Assembly: GCA_965235115.1 (NCBI GenBank)
Contig: OZ249436.1
Location: 16,370,001-16,434,000, forward strand
Direction of reading: 5' to 3'
Length of the DNA stretch: 64,000 nucleotides
Source of the DNA: Laetmonice hystrix
Taxonomy: Eukaryota
Below the pieces are notes generated by a model that was not told where the DNA came from, searched no databases, and saw only the letters and a list, made by a program, of their open reading frames with translations. This document shows positions 1 through 12,800 of this stretch, piece after piece (position 1 is the first letter of the stretch; each line of letters starts with the position of its first letter). A program made the translations under genes and the position numbers.

Positions 1-3000
1 GTCAAGGTAAGAACCAGCGGCGTCATACATCGGGCGGTTACACGTTAATTACTTCATTCAGACAACGTATTTGTGGCATTTATTGCCCTGAGGTAAATGC
101 TAGTGTTTCATTTAGTCTACGAAACCTTATTTGCCGTGGGTGTTTACCCTGCCTTTAAAGGGAAGTTAATGTTTGAGGCGATTCCCCATCTAATACCTGC
201 ATTAGATGTATTTTGGAGTGGATTTAAAAAAAATGAAATAGCCTACATAACACAGAAACAAAAACAATAGCAGCACACTTATTGGTATGTCTGCAGAGCT
301 TCCGTCACGACAGTTATGTCAGCCATGGGAGGTGGATTCATGGGGATCCTGACAAGGTAAGTTAATGCCCTAATACCATCAGTTACGCCCTAACAAGGTA
401 TGTTGGTGTCCTAATACATGTACCATCAATAACGTCCTGACAAGGTAAGTTGATGTCCTAACACATGTACCATCAATAACGTCCTGACAAGGTAAGTTGA
501 TGTCCTAATACATGTACCATCAATAACGTCCTGACAAGGTAAGTTAATATCCTAATAACATCAATAATGCCCTAACAAAGTAAGTTAATGTCCTAATACA
601 TGTACCATCAATAACGCCCTAACAAGGTAAGTTGATGTCCTAACACATGTACCATCAATAACGTCCTGACAAGGTAAGTTTATGTCCTAATACCATCAAT
701 AACGTCCTGACAAGGTAAGTTAATGTCCTCATACCACCAATAATGTTCTGACAAGATAAGTTGATGTCCCAATAGGCTACCATCAATAGCGTTCTCACAA
801 GGTGACTTAATGTCATCATACTATCAACATTGTCCTGACAAGGTCAGTAAGTGTCTCTGCGAGGTTAGGTCAATTATAAAGCCCATATCCGGTAAGGGAC
901 TGCCGGTCCAATGCGTGGCAAAGCCCCCATATATGTCGAATCCATTGCCCAGGGCAAGGTCTAGCCTAGACTCGACCACCAGTCCTCCTATCTGCAAGTT
1001 CGAGCGCCGAGCGACCTCTTGTGGGGAAAAAGGGTCTGGTGATCGAGACTAGGTCTATCCTGGCCTCGCTTCAATGCTTTGTAAAATAACCGTCCACCCT
1101 GTTGTCCTTTCGTTGTAGTTTCATATTCAGAAAACGGAAGTACGACATTCAGTTCCTGTTGAATAGCGTGCTGGGAGCCTTAGTCAGCGTGACAGGTAGG
1201 TGACATATAGATGTGCCACGTGAGGTGACACATAGATGTCGCTTTAATTTAACACGTAGGTGACAGATTTGGGAGGTATTTCTAATAATAGGCCTTGGAG
1301 GACCTACAATTAACCTGGACGTTTTTGATGCTCAGTGATGACACGACAATAACAGGCACCGGCTTCTTTTGGAGTGATATTATCCCCGGCTGATGCCTGG
1401 TGCCAGGAATTGTCCCCGGCTGATGCCTGGCAATTACCCTAGCTGGTGCCTGGTATTGTCCCCGGCCGAGGCCTGGTGCCTGGTATTGTCCCCGGCTGAT
1501 GCCTGGTGCTTGGTCCCCGTCTGATGCCTGGTGCTTGGTATTGTCCCCGTCTGATGCCTGGTGCGTGGTATTATCCCCGGCTGATGCCTGGTGTCAGGCA
1601 TTGTCCCCGGCTGATGCCTAGCAGTTACCCCAGCTGATGCCTGGTGCCTATTATTGTCCTTGGCCGATTACAGCGATCTGCGCCATCGCATACGCCTGGG
1701 AGGCGGTCGTGATTGGTATGGTGGGCGGCATCCTGGCCGTCGCGTCGCCGCCTCTTCTCGACTGGATGAAGATCGACGACCCGGTCGGGGTCATCCCAGT
1801 ACACGGCGTCTGCGCTGTGTGGGGGCTGCTTAGCGTAGGTCTGTTCGTGGACGAGGTGAGTTCAAAATACATAGTGGGTAGTTTAAAGTAAAATATTTTC
1901 TGAATCTAGCGTATTTTTCCGTGGAGACATGAATACGACAAAGGGCCCTGTAATGACTCTCCTGTATTTGCGTGAAGGACAAAATCCTTAACCTCACTCG
2001 TGGTCGGAGAGGAGCGTTCAGGGGCGGCGGGTTCTATCTGCTCCTGGTGCAGCTCTTGGCTGTTCTCACTATCCTCGCCTGGACCATCATCACGTCTTAC
2101 TGCCTCCTCAAGGTCAGTCCAACCACCATCTCCTCCCACTGCCTCCTCAAGGTCAGTCCAACCACCATCTCCTCCCACTGACTCCTCAAGGTCAGTCCAA
2201 CCCCCATCTCCTCCCACTGCCTCCTCAAGGTCAGCCCAACCACCATCTCCTCCCATGCACTGCCTCCTCAATGTCAGTCCAACCACCATCTCCTCCCACT
2301 GCCTCCTCAAGGTCAGCCCAACCACCATCTCCTCCCATGCACTGCCTCCTCAATGTCAGTCCAACCACCATCTCCTCCCACTGCCTCCTCAAGGTCAGTC
2401 CAACCACCATCTCCTCCCACTGCCTCCTCAAGGTCAGTCCAACCACCATCTCCTCCCACTGCCTCCTCAAGGTCAGTCCAACCACCATCTCCTCCCACTG
2501 CCTCCTCAAGGTCAGCCCAACCACCATCTCCTCCCACTGACTCCTCAAGGTCAGTTCAATCACCATCTCCTCCCACTGCCTCCTCAAGGTCAGCCCAACC
2601 ACCATCTCCTCCCATGCACTCCCTCCTCAATGTCAGTCCAACCACCATCTCCTCCCACTGCCTCCTCAAGGTCAGTCCAACCACCATCTCCTCCCACTGC
2701 CTCCTCAAGGTCAGTCCAACCACCATCTCCTCCCACTGCCTCCTCAAGGTCAGTCCAACCACCATCTCCTCCCACTGCCTCCTCAAGGTCAGTCCAACCA
2801 CCATCTCCTCCCACTGCCTCCTCAAGGTCAGTCCAACCACCATCTCCTCCTACTGACTCCTCAAGGTCAGTCCGATGTGGCTGCTTGCTCTGATTGATAA
2901 CTGATTGACGTGCCGCTCTGATTGACAGGTGATTGACCTCACCCTAGGCCTGCGTATGTCGGAGGACGAGGAGATCCTAGGTGCAGATTTCGTGGAGCAC

Positions 3001-3555
3001 GGCCTGTCGTGTCGCCTCGAGCTGTCGGATGGGACAATCATCTCGTCCGAGTCGGCGGCGCTGTACGGGGACCCGGCCAAGATGAGTGCCAGCGTCGGGC
3101 TACGCGTAACAAAACCTAACAAGTTCCAGCCCGAGGTGGCGGCCATCTCGGAGAACAATAACATGGCAGGCGATGAGGGGTCGAGGAACGGCAGCACGGC
3201 AGGCCACCAACCCAACTCACACCATGGTCTTAATCGGCGCCTTGTCAGCCTGCCGAACGGGAGCCCGCAGGGCCACGTGCACAGCTCACCTGGAGGCACG
3301 CTGAGCCACCTGCACAGCTCACCTGGAGGCACGCTGAGCCACCGGCACGGCTCACCGGGAGGCACGCTCGGCCACCGGCACGGCTCACCGGGAGGCACGC
3401 TCGGCCACCGGCACGGCTCGCCTGGTGCCACGCCTGGTGGCATCCATGACCCACAGAGCCCAGTCGGAGGGCGGCCAGGCCCTGACACTGAAGGCGTTAC
3501 CAATGACGCCTTTCATGACGACGACTTTCACCAGGATGTGGTGAAGTACTTCTGA
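1..3555 (+). CDS. Ammonium transporter (Amt family), 3' portion. Exons <1-6, 297-356, 1119-1195, 1674-1855, 1978-2112, 2929-3555
   Basis: Spliced translation contains Amt motifs NSVLGALVSVTA, 'EAVVIGMVGG', 'KIDDPVGVIPVHGVCAVWGLLSVGLF' (conserved His), 'LLLVQLL' and 'LGLRMSEDEEILGADFVEHG'. All introns are GT-AG and phase-consistent. The 5' end lies outside the window. Confidence 0.93.
348..848 (+). repeat. Tandem repeat (41-47 bp, about 12 copies) containing the Amt exon end plus donor CCTGACAAG|GTAAGT
   Basis: The unit cctgacaaggtaagttgatgtcctaatacatgtaccatcaataacgt begins inside exon 297-356. Confidence 0.9.
967..1051. mobile_element. Very short MITE-like element with TAG...CTA termini
   Basis: Imperfect inverted repeats tagactcgaccaccagtcct / agggtctggtgatcgagacta. 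No clear TSD. Confidence 0.45.
1381..1670. repeat. Intronic minisatellite (about 25-30 bp) running into the acceptor at 1673
   Basis: ttgtccccggctgatgcctggtgc repeated about 10 times. Confidence 0.85.
2100..2872 (+). repeat. Tandem repeat (39 bp, some 43 bp; about 19-20 copies) containing the Amt exon end plus donor CTCAAG|GTCAGT
   Basis: Unit ctgcctcctcaaggtcagtccaaccaccatctcctccca. It fills most of intron 2113-2928. Confidence 0.92.
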
Positions 3556-3934
3556 ACAGGTGTGAGGTGGCCACAACAGGTGCGTCCATTGACAGTGTGA
3601 AGTGACCAAAACAGGTGGCCAAAACAGGTGCGTCCATTGGCAGTGTGAAGTGGCCAAAACAGGGAGTGCCGACGGGGTTACAGGATTCGGTCTGATCTTC
3701 ATTGCGTTCGCAAACGCATGTTACATCCAAGTGGTAGGAATATATCTTTTTCTGTTGCAGAATAACACTTTAGGTCTGGCACTTTCAGTATTGAATCGAA
3801 ATTCCTCAGTGGGTTCCGTGTCCGTGTCTCGGTTAATAAATATTTCTGATGATGGAAAACTCGCGTTGACTTTGCTTGCTGATCATTTCACTCCTGCAGA
3901 CGGTCCGACAAAATCGGGTGTCTGCCCCAGACTT

Positions 3935-4372
3935 GGCCCGTTTCACGAAAGTGTCGTAGGACCAAATTTTGAGGAATAGGTCGTAAGTTATTGAGTTACG
4001 ACCTATTCCTCATTCCGGGGGTTTCATGAAAGTGTCGTAGGAGCGTTTTGGGAAAAAGGTCGTAACTTTTGTCTTACGACCTTTTTCCCGCGGCAAGTGT
4101 TTCACGAAAGTGTCGTAGGCTCGAAAGTGTCGTAGATAACGTCCTAATCCTACGACAGCGTTTGTTCTTTTCAAACTGTTTTGTGCGTCAAACCGTCACT
4201 CAGCATGGCGGCCTTCCTAGCAGCGGTGGAGATTGAGCGGCAGAGAATACCGCGTGTTAACCCCCAAGAAGGGTTAACAGAAACTCAAATTGTCCATCGC
4301 TATCGTTTGCCTTCGGACCAAATTTTTTATTTGGTGGACCTACTGGATGACGCCTTACGACGCCCAACGCTT
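3935..4372 (+). mobile_element. PIF/Harbinger transposon left end with a truncated transposase 5' fragment
   Basis: Terminus GGCCCGTTTCACGAAAG with repeated subterminal motif (tcacgaaagtgtcgtagg). ORF from about 4205, 'MAAFLAAVEIERQRIPRVNPQEGLTETQIVHRYRLPSDQIFYLVDLLDDALRRPT', resembles the N-terminus of HARBI1/Harbinger transposases. No DDE core or right TIR seen. Confidence 0.7.
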
Positions 4373-4649
4373 GAGGACCTATTGCATTGTCGCCGTGAAC
4401 ATGGCCCAGGATGCCGATAAGGCGTAAATCACCATTACTCACTCACATCCCCACTCACTCCCCCACTCACCTACTCCACTGCCCTACCTCTCTCTCATCC
4501 ATCCAGTCTGCAAAGCTCATCGGGACTAAAGTTGTCAGAATAAACCGATCTCCACGAAGCGTGTGTTGTTTTCTTGCAGCTCGACCCCATTAATCGGAGA
4601 GGTTCTCTGATCCACCGGCAAGGGGTTTCAGAAATTTGGAGGTTCCAGT

Positions 4650-5290
4650 TCCATAACCTATTCACCCTTGGTATAGACCGTCAAGGTTATCTACTCCTCT
4701 CCACACATGGTGTAGACCGCCAAGGTTATCCACTCCTCTCCACCCATAACCTGTCGCCCTTGGTGTAGACCGTCAAGGTTATCTACTCCTCTCCACACAT
4801 GGTGTAGACCCACAACCTATTCACCCTTGGTGTAGACCGCCAAGGTTATCCACTCCTCTCCACCCATAACCTAGTCGCCTTTGGTGTTGACCGCCAAGGT
4901 TATCCACTCCTATCCACCCATAACCTAGTCGCCCTTGGTGTAGACTGCCAAGGTTATCCACTCCTACCCACCCATAACCTAGTCGCCCTTGGTGTAGACC
5001 GCCAAGGTTATCCACTCCTCTCCACACATGGTGTAGACTGCCAAGGTTATCCACTCCTCTCCACCCATAACCTAGTCGCCCTTGGTGTAGACCGTCAAGG
5101 TTATCCACTCCTACCCACCCATAACCTAGTCGCCCTTGGTGTAGACCGCCAAGGTTATCCACTCCTCTCCACCCATAACCTATTCGTCCATAAATAGCCA
5201 AGGTCAACCAGTCCTCTCCACCCTGTCGTTGTGCATAGATCGCCCAGGTTAACCACTCCGCTGTACACATAACCTATTCACCCTTGGTGA
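4650..5290. repeat. Minisatellite (about 54 bp with 42-bp variants)
   Basis: cccttggtgtagaccgccaaggttatccactcctctccacccataacctagtcg repeated. Confidence 0.9.
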
Positions 5291-6664
5291 TGACAGCAAA
5301 GTCAAGGCTTTCAACGCCCAGTCAAAAAATAAATTTAAGACTGGTGGCTAGACCCCGGCCTGCTGCGACGTTTATAATGGTACCTTTATCGGTGTTAGAT
5401 GTCACTGACACAACGAAATCTCAAAACACGGCAAAGTCACTTGTTCGGAAATGGTGCTTTATTTCACAATTCTCAAATCTATTTCTCTGTATATTGAAGC
5501 TGCAGAGCTTTGAGACAGGAAATACGCTTCATGCAATACATTGTTTTCATTAGGCCTGTCGCGGAAATCATTTTAACCGTTGCCAATATAGGTCTAAACA
5601 TTAGCTAGATCTTGTAATTTCACACAGTTATCGAGGTGTTCGCCTGACAATTTAACATTAGTCAACAACTAGCAAATGAACGAGGATATAAGTGCAGGTC
5701 ACTTACACGTCCTTCAGAACGGGCGTCCAGTACATTTAGAAAACAGACTTCAAATGTAAACCAAAAGCTCACCTGGCTATCTGAAAATATTACACGGTAG
5801 CACCGAGTAGAAAGTTTAGAGGGCCTACCCTGAGGGACAATATCCTGATCCAATATATTCACCAAGAACATGTTCACTGACCAACTGAATCCTGTCCAAA
5901 TTAACCAGGGCTTCAGAGAGTCCACTTTTTGACGCTCTATGTCTTATTTATTTTCCCCTCACTTTAACATGTTCAAATAATGGGGGTCAAAGGTTTCTCT
6001 AAGAGATGCTCCGGCGTGATACCATACAGAGTTGAAAGGTTTTTGTATTTTGGTTCTTCAAATCCTTTCATAAGAGCAAGAGTAAACCACTGAATCCCAC
6101 CAAAAACACGCTAAAATACATGAACAATCTATGTAAGCATGCGGCTAAAAGTATACCACCGAATCCCAACAAAAACACACAACGCCAAAATACACGCACA
6201 ATCTATGTAAGCTTGCGGCTAAGTACTACTATGGATGTATACCCATAGTTTGGTCCATACATTCTTAATATATATGATCAAATATGAAAATAGCTGCCTT
6301 TAAGCAAATAAACCCGAGTTCTAAAATTTACATCACCTGTGATGCCATGCAGTACACGGGTAAAAACAATTACTACCATAATTCTTAAACAAACAAAGGA
6401 TATCTATTGATAAAAGACGAATACCCTGAAGAGATACAGTAATATTCTGAGTAACAAAACAACTACAAGGTTGTGGTCACGATTATTCACAGATAGATAT
6501 CATATCGACTGTACAATTGGTGGCTGCCGTGGGGTAACCAAAGATAAACTTTATTCACAACAGACGTTTCCTTCTCTTCCAATTCCATACGGGATTGACT
6601 CTGGGCTTGTTTGGGCGAAGGTATCGCAGGGAAAGGGTAAATGGGAGGAAAAATGTGTTGCGGC

Positions 6665-6860
6665 AAGGGTTATAGGAGTAGAGAAGCTGAGGGGGGGGGG
6701 GGGGGTTACAGGAGTGGAGAAACTGGGGGGTTATAGGAGTGGAGAAACTGGGGGAGGGGGTTATAGGAGTGTAGAAACTGAGGCTGGGGTTATAGGAGTG
6801 GAGAACTGAACACAGGGTTTTACTATATAGAAGTGGAAAAACTGGAGACTTTAGAGGGTT
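6665..6860. repeat. Degenerate minisatellite immediately 3' of the TP53BP1 stop codon
   Basis: ggggttataggagtggagaaact repeated about 6 times. Confidence 0.75.
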
Positions 6861-6863
6861 AGG

Positions 6864-9800
6864 CTATTTGCGTGGGCTTGTTGTACGCCCATCGTCATAG
6901 TCGTGGACATATTTAGGGTGACTTCTGTAGGGGACACGTCTCCCTGTTATCAAACTTTGAATGACCCACTCAGAAGATACAACTGGCAGGTCCGCTTCCA
7001 GCGCCCTCTGTAGGACATCCCAGGCGATATCCTTGTCTGTGACGACCACGTCAATAAACGTCGTATCATCTGAAGGAAGCAGCAAACCTTATCTTCAAAC
7101 TCGCCAAAAAATACCAATAATGATCCCGCAGTCAATTCATCCCCATGATTAACATCTTCTAAACCATCAAGAATTTCTTTCATTCATTTTGAATTTTCTT
7201 TGCTCATATTATTTTCAACCCGAACAAGAAAGGTGATTGCCCACACGGTGCGTACCTGGGAGTCGGTTGGTAACGTGGCAACCAGCCGTTTCCAAAACTT
7301 GGCTCCATGTTTCCTGGAAACGACTGTTCTTTGTCTCTACAACTACCATCAACCCGTGCAGACCATTCCCTCTGAGTTTCCTACAACAGTGTTGTAACCA
7401 CGTTTTATACTGCTCAAAGTCATCCAAGGTGGCCACTAGTGGCTATTTGAAATGACATAAAAACCCTATTTGACAGCCATAATCCTTAGTCACCAATCTG
7501 GGCACAAAATGTCGAACAAGTTGACCCCAACATTTGTGAGTACCATTCAATGATGTACATCCACCCATATCATTATGTCGATACGGCTACATGTGGAGTC
7601 CATTGTTCAAAATGACGGATTGTTCTTTATATGATCTTTAATTACAATATCATAACAGACATACAGGGTGTCCAAAAAAAAGGTCCAGGCCAAACTAGGC
7701 AACCTCAGATCCTATATTCCCCATATCCTGAGAGGGAATTTTCTTACATGAAAAATAGTCTTTAATTCATCAAAATCAGTCAAGCAAATCAAAAGTTATG
7801 CCGATTTCGGTGGAGCGAAGTATTTATCTCTTTTTACTATGACCAGTTCTAGCTGTCAGATAATGAGATCTGGCTGATGAGCTAGGGTGTGACTTTGCTG
7901 CACTAAAAATGGCACAACTTTTGATTCGCTTGACTAATATTGATGAAACAAAGGCTGTTTTTCATGTAAGAAGATTCCATGGGGGAAATAGATTCTTAGG
8001 TTGCCTAATTTGGCGTGGACATTTTGGGGGGGGATACCCTGTAATACTACTAGAAATATCTAACTAGTTTCTGATCGAACAGGTCGATTTAGAGAATACT
8101 TACGGCTCAATAATTTTATTTTGTTCAATGCTGATCCCTGCAGGCAGCCTGTAGGAGTTGTAGTCTTGCAACTGTCCCTGAACAAACAGACAGGGATGAG
8201 CAGCAAAAGGGGCGAGAAAGCGAGTTTCTGTTATTTGGAAAAATCTTAGCAAACAAATCAATGTCTGCCTCACTATCACTTTGATAGAAAGTAACAAAAA
8301 CAACTTCTTTTGCTTTTTTGGTGATGTGGTGGTCAATTAGATTTTTTTTCTATGGCAAGTTGTTGTTCTGACCGTGGCCAGGGAGAGATTGGAAAGAAGC
8401 CTGTATATGCATGTTTTCTACTTAATATTTATTATTTAATATTTAATATACACAAAAAAGGGACATAGTACTGAGCTCTGGGAAATCATGGGATGAATAG
8501 ATGGCTTGCTTATCGGAATATGGCGTCAAGTTAATCAGTATGCACTGATTAAATCTTCTTTTACTACATATGCAGTGAAAAGACGTCTGTGAGCCCGATC
8601 TCAGAATTTATATTTAGGGTCGCTCTACACTCTCACAAAGGAGAAATGCCAATCTCTGTCAGACGAAGTGTGCCTTTTAAAAGTTTAACCAACTAAGACA
8701 CCTAGCGGTGACAGTGATTTGACTCCCTTCATACTGACCATTTGGCACGAGTCTCGTATCCACACATGGGAGATGCAGGTGAAGCCTGCAGCCAGACACT
8801 GGAAGTACTTGAGGGTTCGCTGGAAGGTGTCGGAAACACACAGGCACTGCTGCAAGTTCTTCACCTGACAAAACACACCACATAAACATGAGCGTTACTG
8901 TTTAAACAACTCACACTTCTATTACCTGTATTACCAGCACTGCTTTCCTACTGATTGCTGATATAATCATGTCTCATCATAATCACCACTCTCAATACTG
9001 GTATAATCAGAACCTTGGTAATTGTCACCAACACTCCCTGATTACTACTTGTTAATATTTAGCCTTACCAGTTTCTGGTCAAACTTTTCCAGTACCATGC
9101 CTCCTCCCGCTCGAACCTGTGCTTCCAAGTGATCCTTGTCAAAGGGAACCTCATCTCCATCTAGTGGGGAATATTGGAGTTGTAAAGTAGATAATGGAAG
9201 CCAACATTAATTATTGAAGAGGAAGTGAAACCAACAAAAATATACCCTGAACCAGTGGGCCACAGACAATTAAAATATACCCTGAACCAGTGGGGCACAG
9301 GCAATTAAAATATACCCTGAACCAGTGGGGCACAGACAATTAAAATATACCCTGAACCAGTGGGCCACAGACAATTAAACTATACCCTGAACCAGTGGGG
9401 CACAGACAATTAAAATATACCCTGAACCAGTGGGCCACAGACAATTAAAATATACCCTGAACCAGTGGGCCACAGACAATTAAAATATACCCTGAACCAG
9501 TGGGGTACAGACAATTAAAATAAAATGGCTGATGAACTGAAAGCAGTAGCCTCTCCCAGAACATACTGGGTAATACTAAGATACTTTGTTACAATTAAGT
9601 GTCACCAGAAGATGATATTGCATTGTTAACAAACATGGGATATACCCCCTCAATGGTCAGGCCAGTCCTTTAGGTAGTAACTTGGTAGCTAGTATATAGA
9701 CCTGGCAGTAGCAACTGACCTTAAGCCTGAGAACAAAAATTTTTGAAACTCAACTCTGTGGACTAAACAGAAGACAATGGAGATAAGAACCAGCAAGGTT

Positions 9801-12800
9801 ACCTGGTCCAAGAATGCTCTCGTCACTCGTCAGATCACTGGAGCAACCACCTTCCGTGGGAAGCTTCCTTATCTCGTCACTCTTCAGATTGCTGGAGCAA
9901 CCACCTTCGTTGGCAAGCTTCCTTATCTCGTCACTCTTCAGATTGCTGGAGCAACCACCTTCCTTGGCAAGCTTCCTCATCTCCTCCTTCTGCTCCTGTG
10001 TGCGCTCCACATGAGTCAGGAGGAAGCCCAGGCCCTGGAACAACTTGCTGCCACGGCTTGGAATCTGGCCCTTGACAGTTGAGAACAAGGCTGAAAAGTT
10101 GAGAATGGATTGTCAACTAGAGGGCAGGTCGTGGTATGGGGAGTCGGGAACAAGTTGTGAACTTGTCAACGACAGGTAGAACAGCAGAGAACAGGTCGCC
10201 AACTACGGGGGGTCGAGAATAGGTCAACCACAACTAGAGGGCAGAGGACAGGTCGCCAACCATGGGGAGTCGGTAACAGGTCAACCACAACTAGAGGGCA
10301 GAGAACAAGTCGCCAACTACAGGGGGTCGAGAATAGGTCAACCACAACTAGGGGGCAGAGAACAGGTCGCCAACCATGGGGGAGTTGGGAACAGGTCAAC
10401 CACAACTAGAGGGCAGAGGACAGGTCGCCAACCACGGGGGGAGTCGGTAACAGGTCAACCACAACTAGAGGGCAGAGAACAAGTCGCCAACTACGGGGGG
10501 TCGAGAATAGGTCAACCACAACTAGAGGGCAGAGGAAAGGTCGCCAACCATGGGGGAGTTGGGAACAGGTCAACCACAACTAGAGGGCAGAGAACAGGTC
10601 GCCAACCATGGGGGAGTTGGGAACAGGTCAACCACAACTAGAGGGCAGAGAACAAGTCACCAACCATGGGGGAGTTGGGAACAGGTCAACCACAACTAGA
10701 GGGCAGAGGACAGGTCGCCAACCATGGGGGAGTTGGGATCAGGTCAACCACAACTAGAGGGCAGAGGGTAGGTCGCCAACCACGGGGGGAGTTGGGATCA
10801 GGTCAACCACAACTAGGGGGCAGAGAACAAGTCGCCAACCATGGGGGAGTTGGGATCAGGTCAACCAAAACTAGAGGGCAGAGAAAAAGTCGCCAACCAT
10901 GGGGGAGTTGGGATCAGGTCAACCACAACTAGAGGGCAGAGGGTAGGTCGCCAACCACGGGGGGAGTTGGGATCAGGTCAACCACAACTAGAGGGCAGAG
11001 AACAAGTCGCCAACCATGGGGGAGTTGGGATCAGGTCAACCACAACTAGAGGGCAGAGAACAGGTTGTGGACTGGTCAATCACAACTAGAGGGCAGAGGT
11101 TGTCAACCACTGGAGAAGAATATAAACTGTCTTAGCCTGCTTTCTCACCTTGTTTGACCCTGCGAGGTGACTTCTTTACCATCTGTGGAGAGAATGACAC
11201 ATTGGGCAGAGGACTTGGAGCCTCAGCTACATCTGGCTGGGCTGTAACATTAAAATGTTACATTTAAATATACACACCTTAAACACTGATTATAAAATTG
11301 TATTTGTTTACAATCCCTTGGTAATTTTTGTACCTGAATTATCACACATGATCCATACCGCTGAATTATAATATAGGGTGTGTACCCCAGTATTATGATA
11401 CAACCTACATGGTCCATATCCCTGAAATATAATACTGGGTTTGTTTCCTTCCATGTCAGGATACAATTTTTTTAATTCAAGGACCTTGCAGCATAGTACC
11501 ACTAGAAAAAATCAAACAGGTCACTACTGGGAAGGTTATTTTTGCTCTACATATTGTGCATCATAAATACCTTTTCCTTGCTCCTTTCTTTTCGGTTTTG
11601 GGGTTGGAGTGCTGGTGGCTTTTGGTTCGAGGTCTGAGAGCTTTCTCTTTCTCTTGGCACCTGTTGACAGAGCCAGTTTCCGCCCAATCTTCCCAGTGGT
11701 GTTGCGTACACTCCGTGATGGAGTTGTGGAACTTATAGGAGTCTCAGGGGTAAGTCCCCCAGTGGCTAGGCTTGTGTTAGGGGCTTGCTGCGAAGTGCAA
11801 CGACGTCGCTTGCCGGGCATCAGGTTGTCTGTATCAATTTATCATTAAAACCCTTACAAAAGCAAGAGACATATCATGGTGGGGATAAGAAAATTCAACT
11901 GGAAAAAATATTTCCTTGAGAATGAAGTAATCATTTTTGAGACTTTGCCACTTAGATACAAGGATAGCAATACCCTCTACTCACCGAGACTGACATCGGC
12001 CACTTTGATACCTGGAGCGAGGGATAACAATGCAGTTCTCCTCTTCAAAGCTGTGGCTTGGTCGTAGCTCAGGATCACCTTTCCTCGACTTAACCTGACA
12101 AATATCTCCCAGTCAGTGTTTGCAAAGCCAACTCTTCCATAATCCAGTAATCATTTAGATATCTTTGTACACAACTCTACCTTACTTAAGTAACCATTTA
12201 GACCCTTATTCATACAGCACATTTTTAAAAATTATTATATTTATTATATGTCATCAGGTGCACATTTTGTATTTGGTTGGGGTTTTATGCCTTTGCAACA
12301 GTCAGGTTCGTATCAAGGTGATCAGTTTTACCGGTGGATGAAAGCAAAGTATCCCGCAGAAAACCACCAACCTAACAGCAGGTAACGGACAAAACTTCTC
12401 ACATCTGGTCTTATGCCAGAGGCTTAGACCACTGAGCCACTGAGGCCTCCCCCCAATCATGTCAAGTGCACAATTTTGTTACAAAAGTCCATGAGACTTA
12501 GCCAAGGAAGGTACCTTTTTTGTGTTCCATCATCAAACTCCACCACATAGCCCCAGTCCTCGGATGGTTTGTCAAGTACTTCGACAACTTTTGCGACTTC
12601 ATTCCAGTCTTTGCGTTCTGCAAACACAGCCTGACCTACTGCAAGAAGGTGACAGTGGAGGATGTCTGTGTCACGAGCAGGACGGACATCGCCATCTTCG
12701 AAGGCAATAGTAAACTTGTTATCCCCTTCGTGTGTAACAAGGTAGCCAGGGTAAAAGAACCGATCATTGCACATTGCATACACTGCCTTGTCTGCAAAAA

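Noticed and set aside
1906..2893. Many overlapping ORFs (SSRSVQPPSPPTA etc.)
   Set aside because: Translations of the 39-bp intronic repeat.
10115..11111. Extra TP53BP1 exon starting at the acceptor-like ttctccag near 11111
   Set aside because: It would need a <40-nt intron and reaches a stop in the repeat. The flanking exons join in phase without it.
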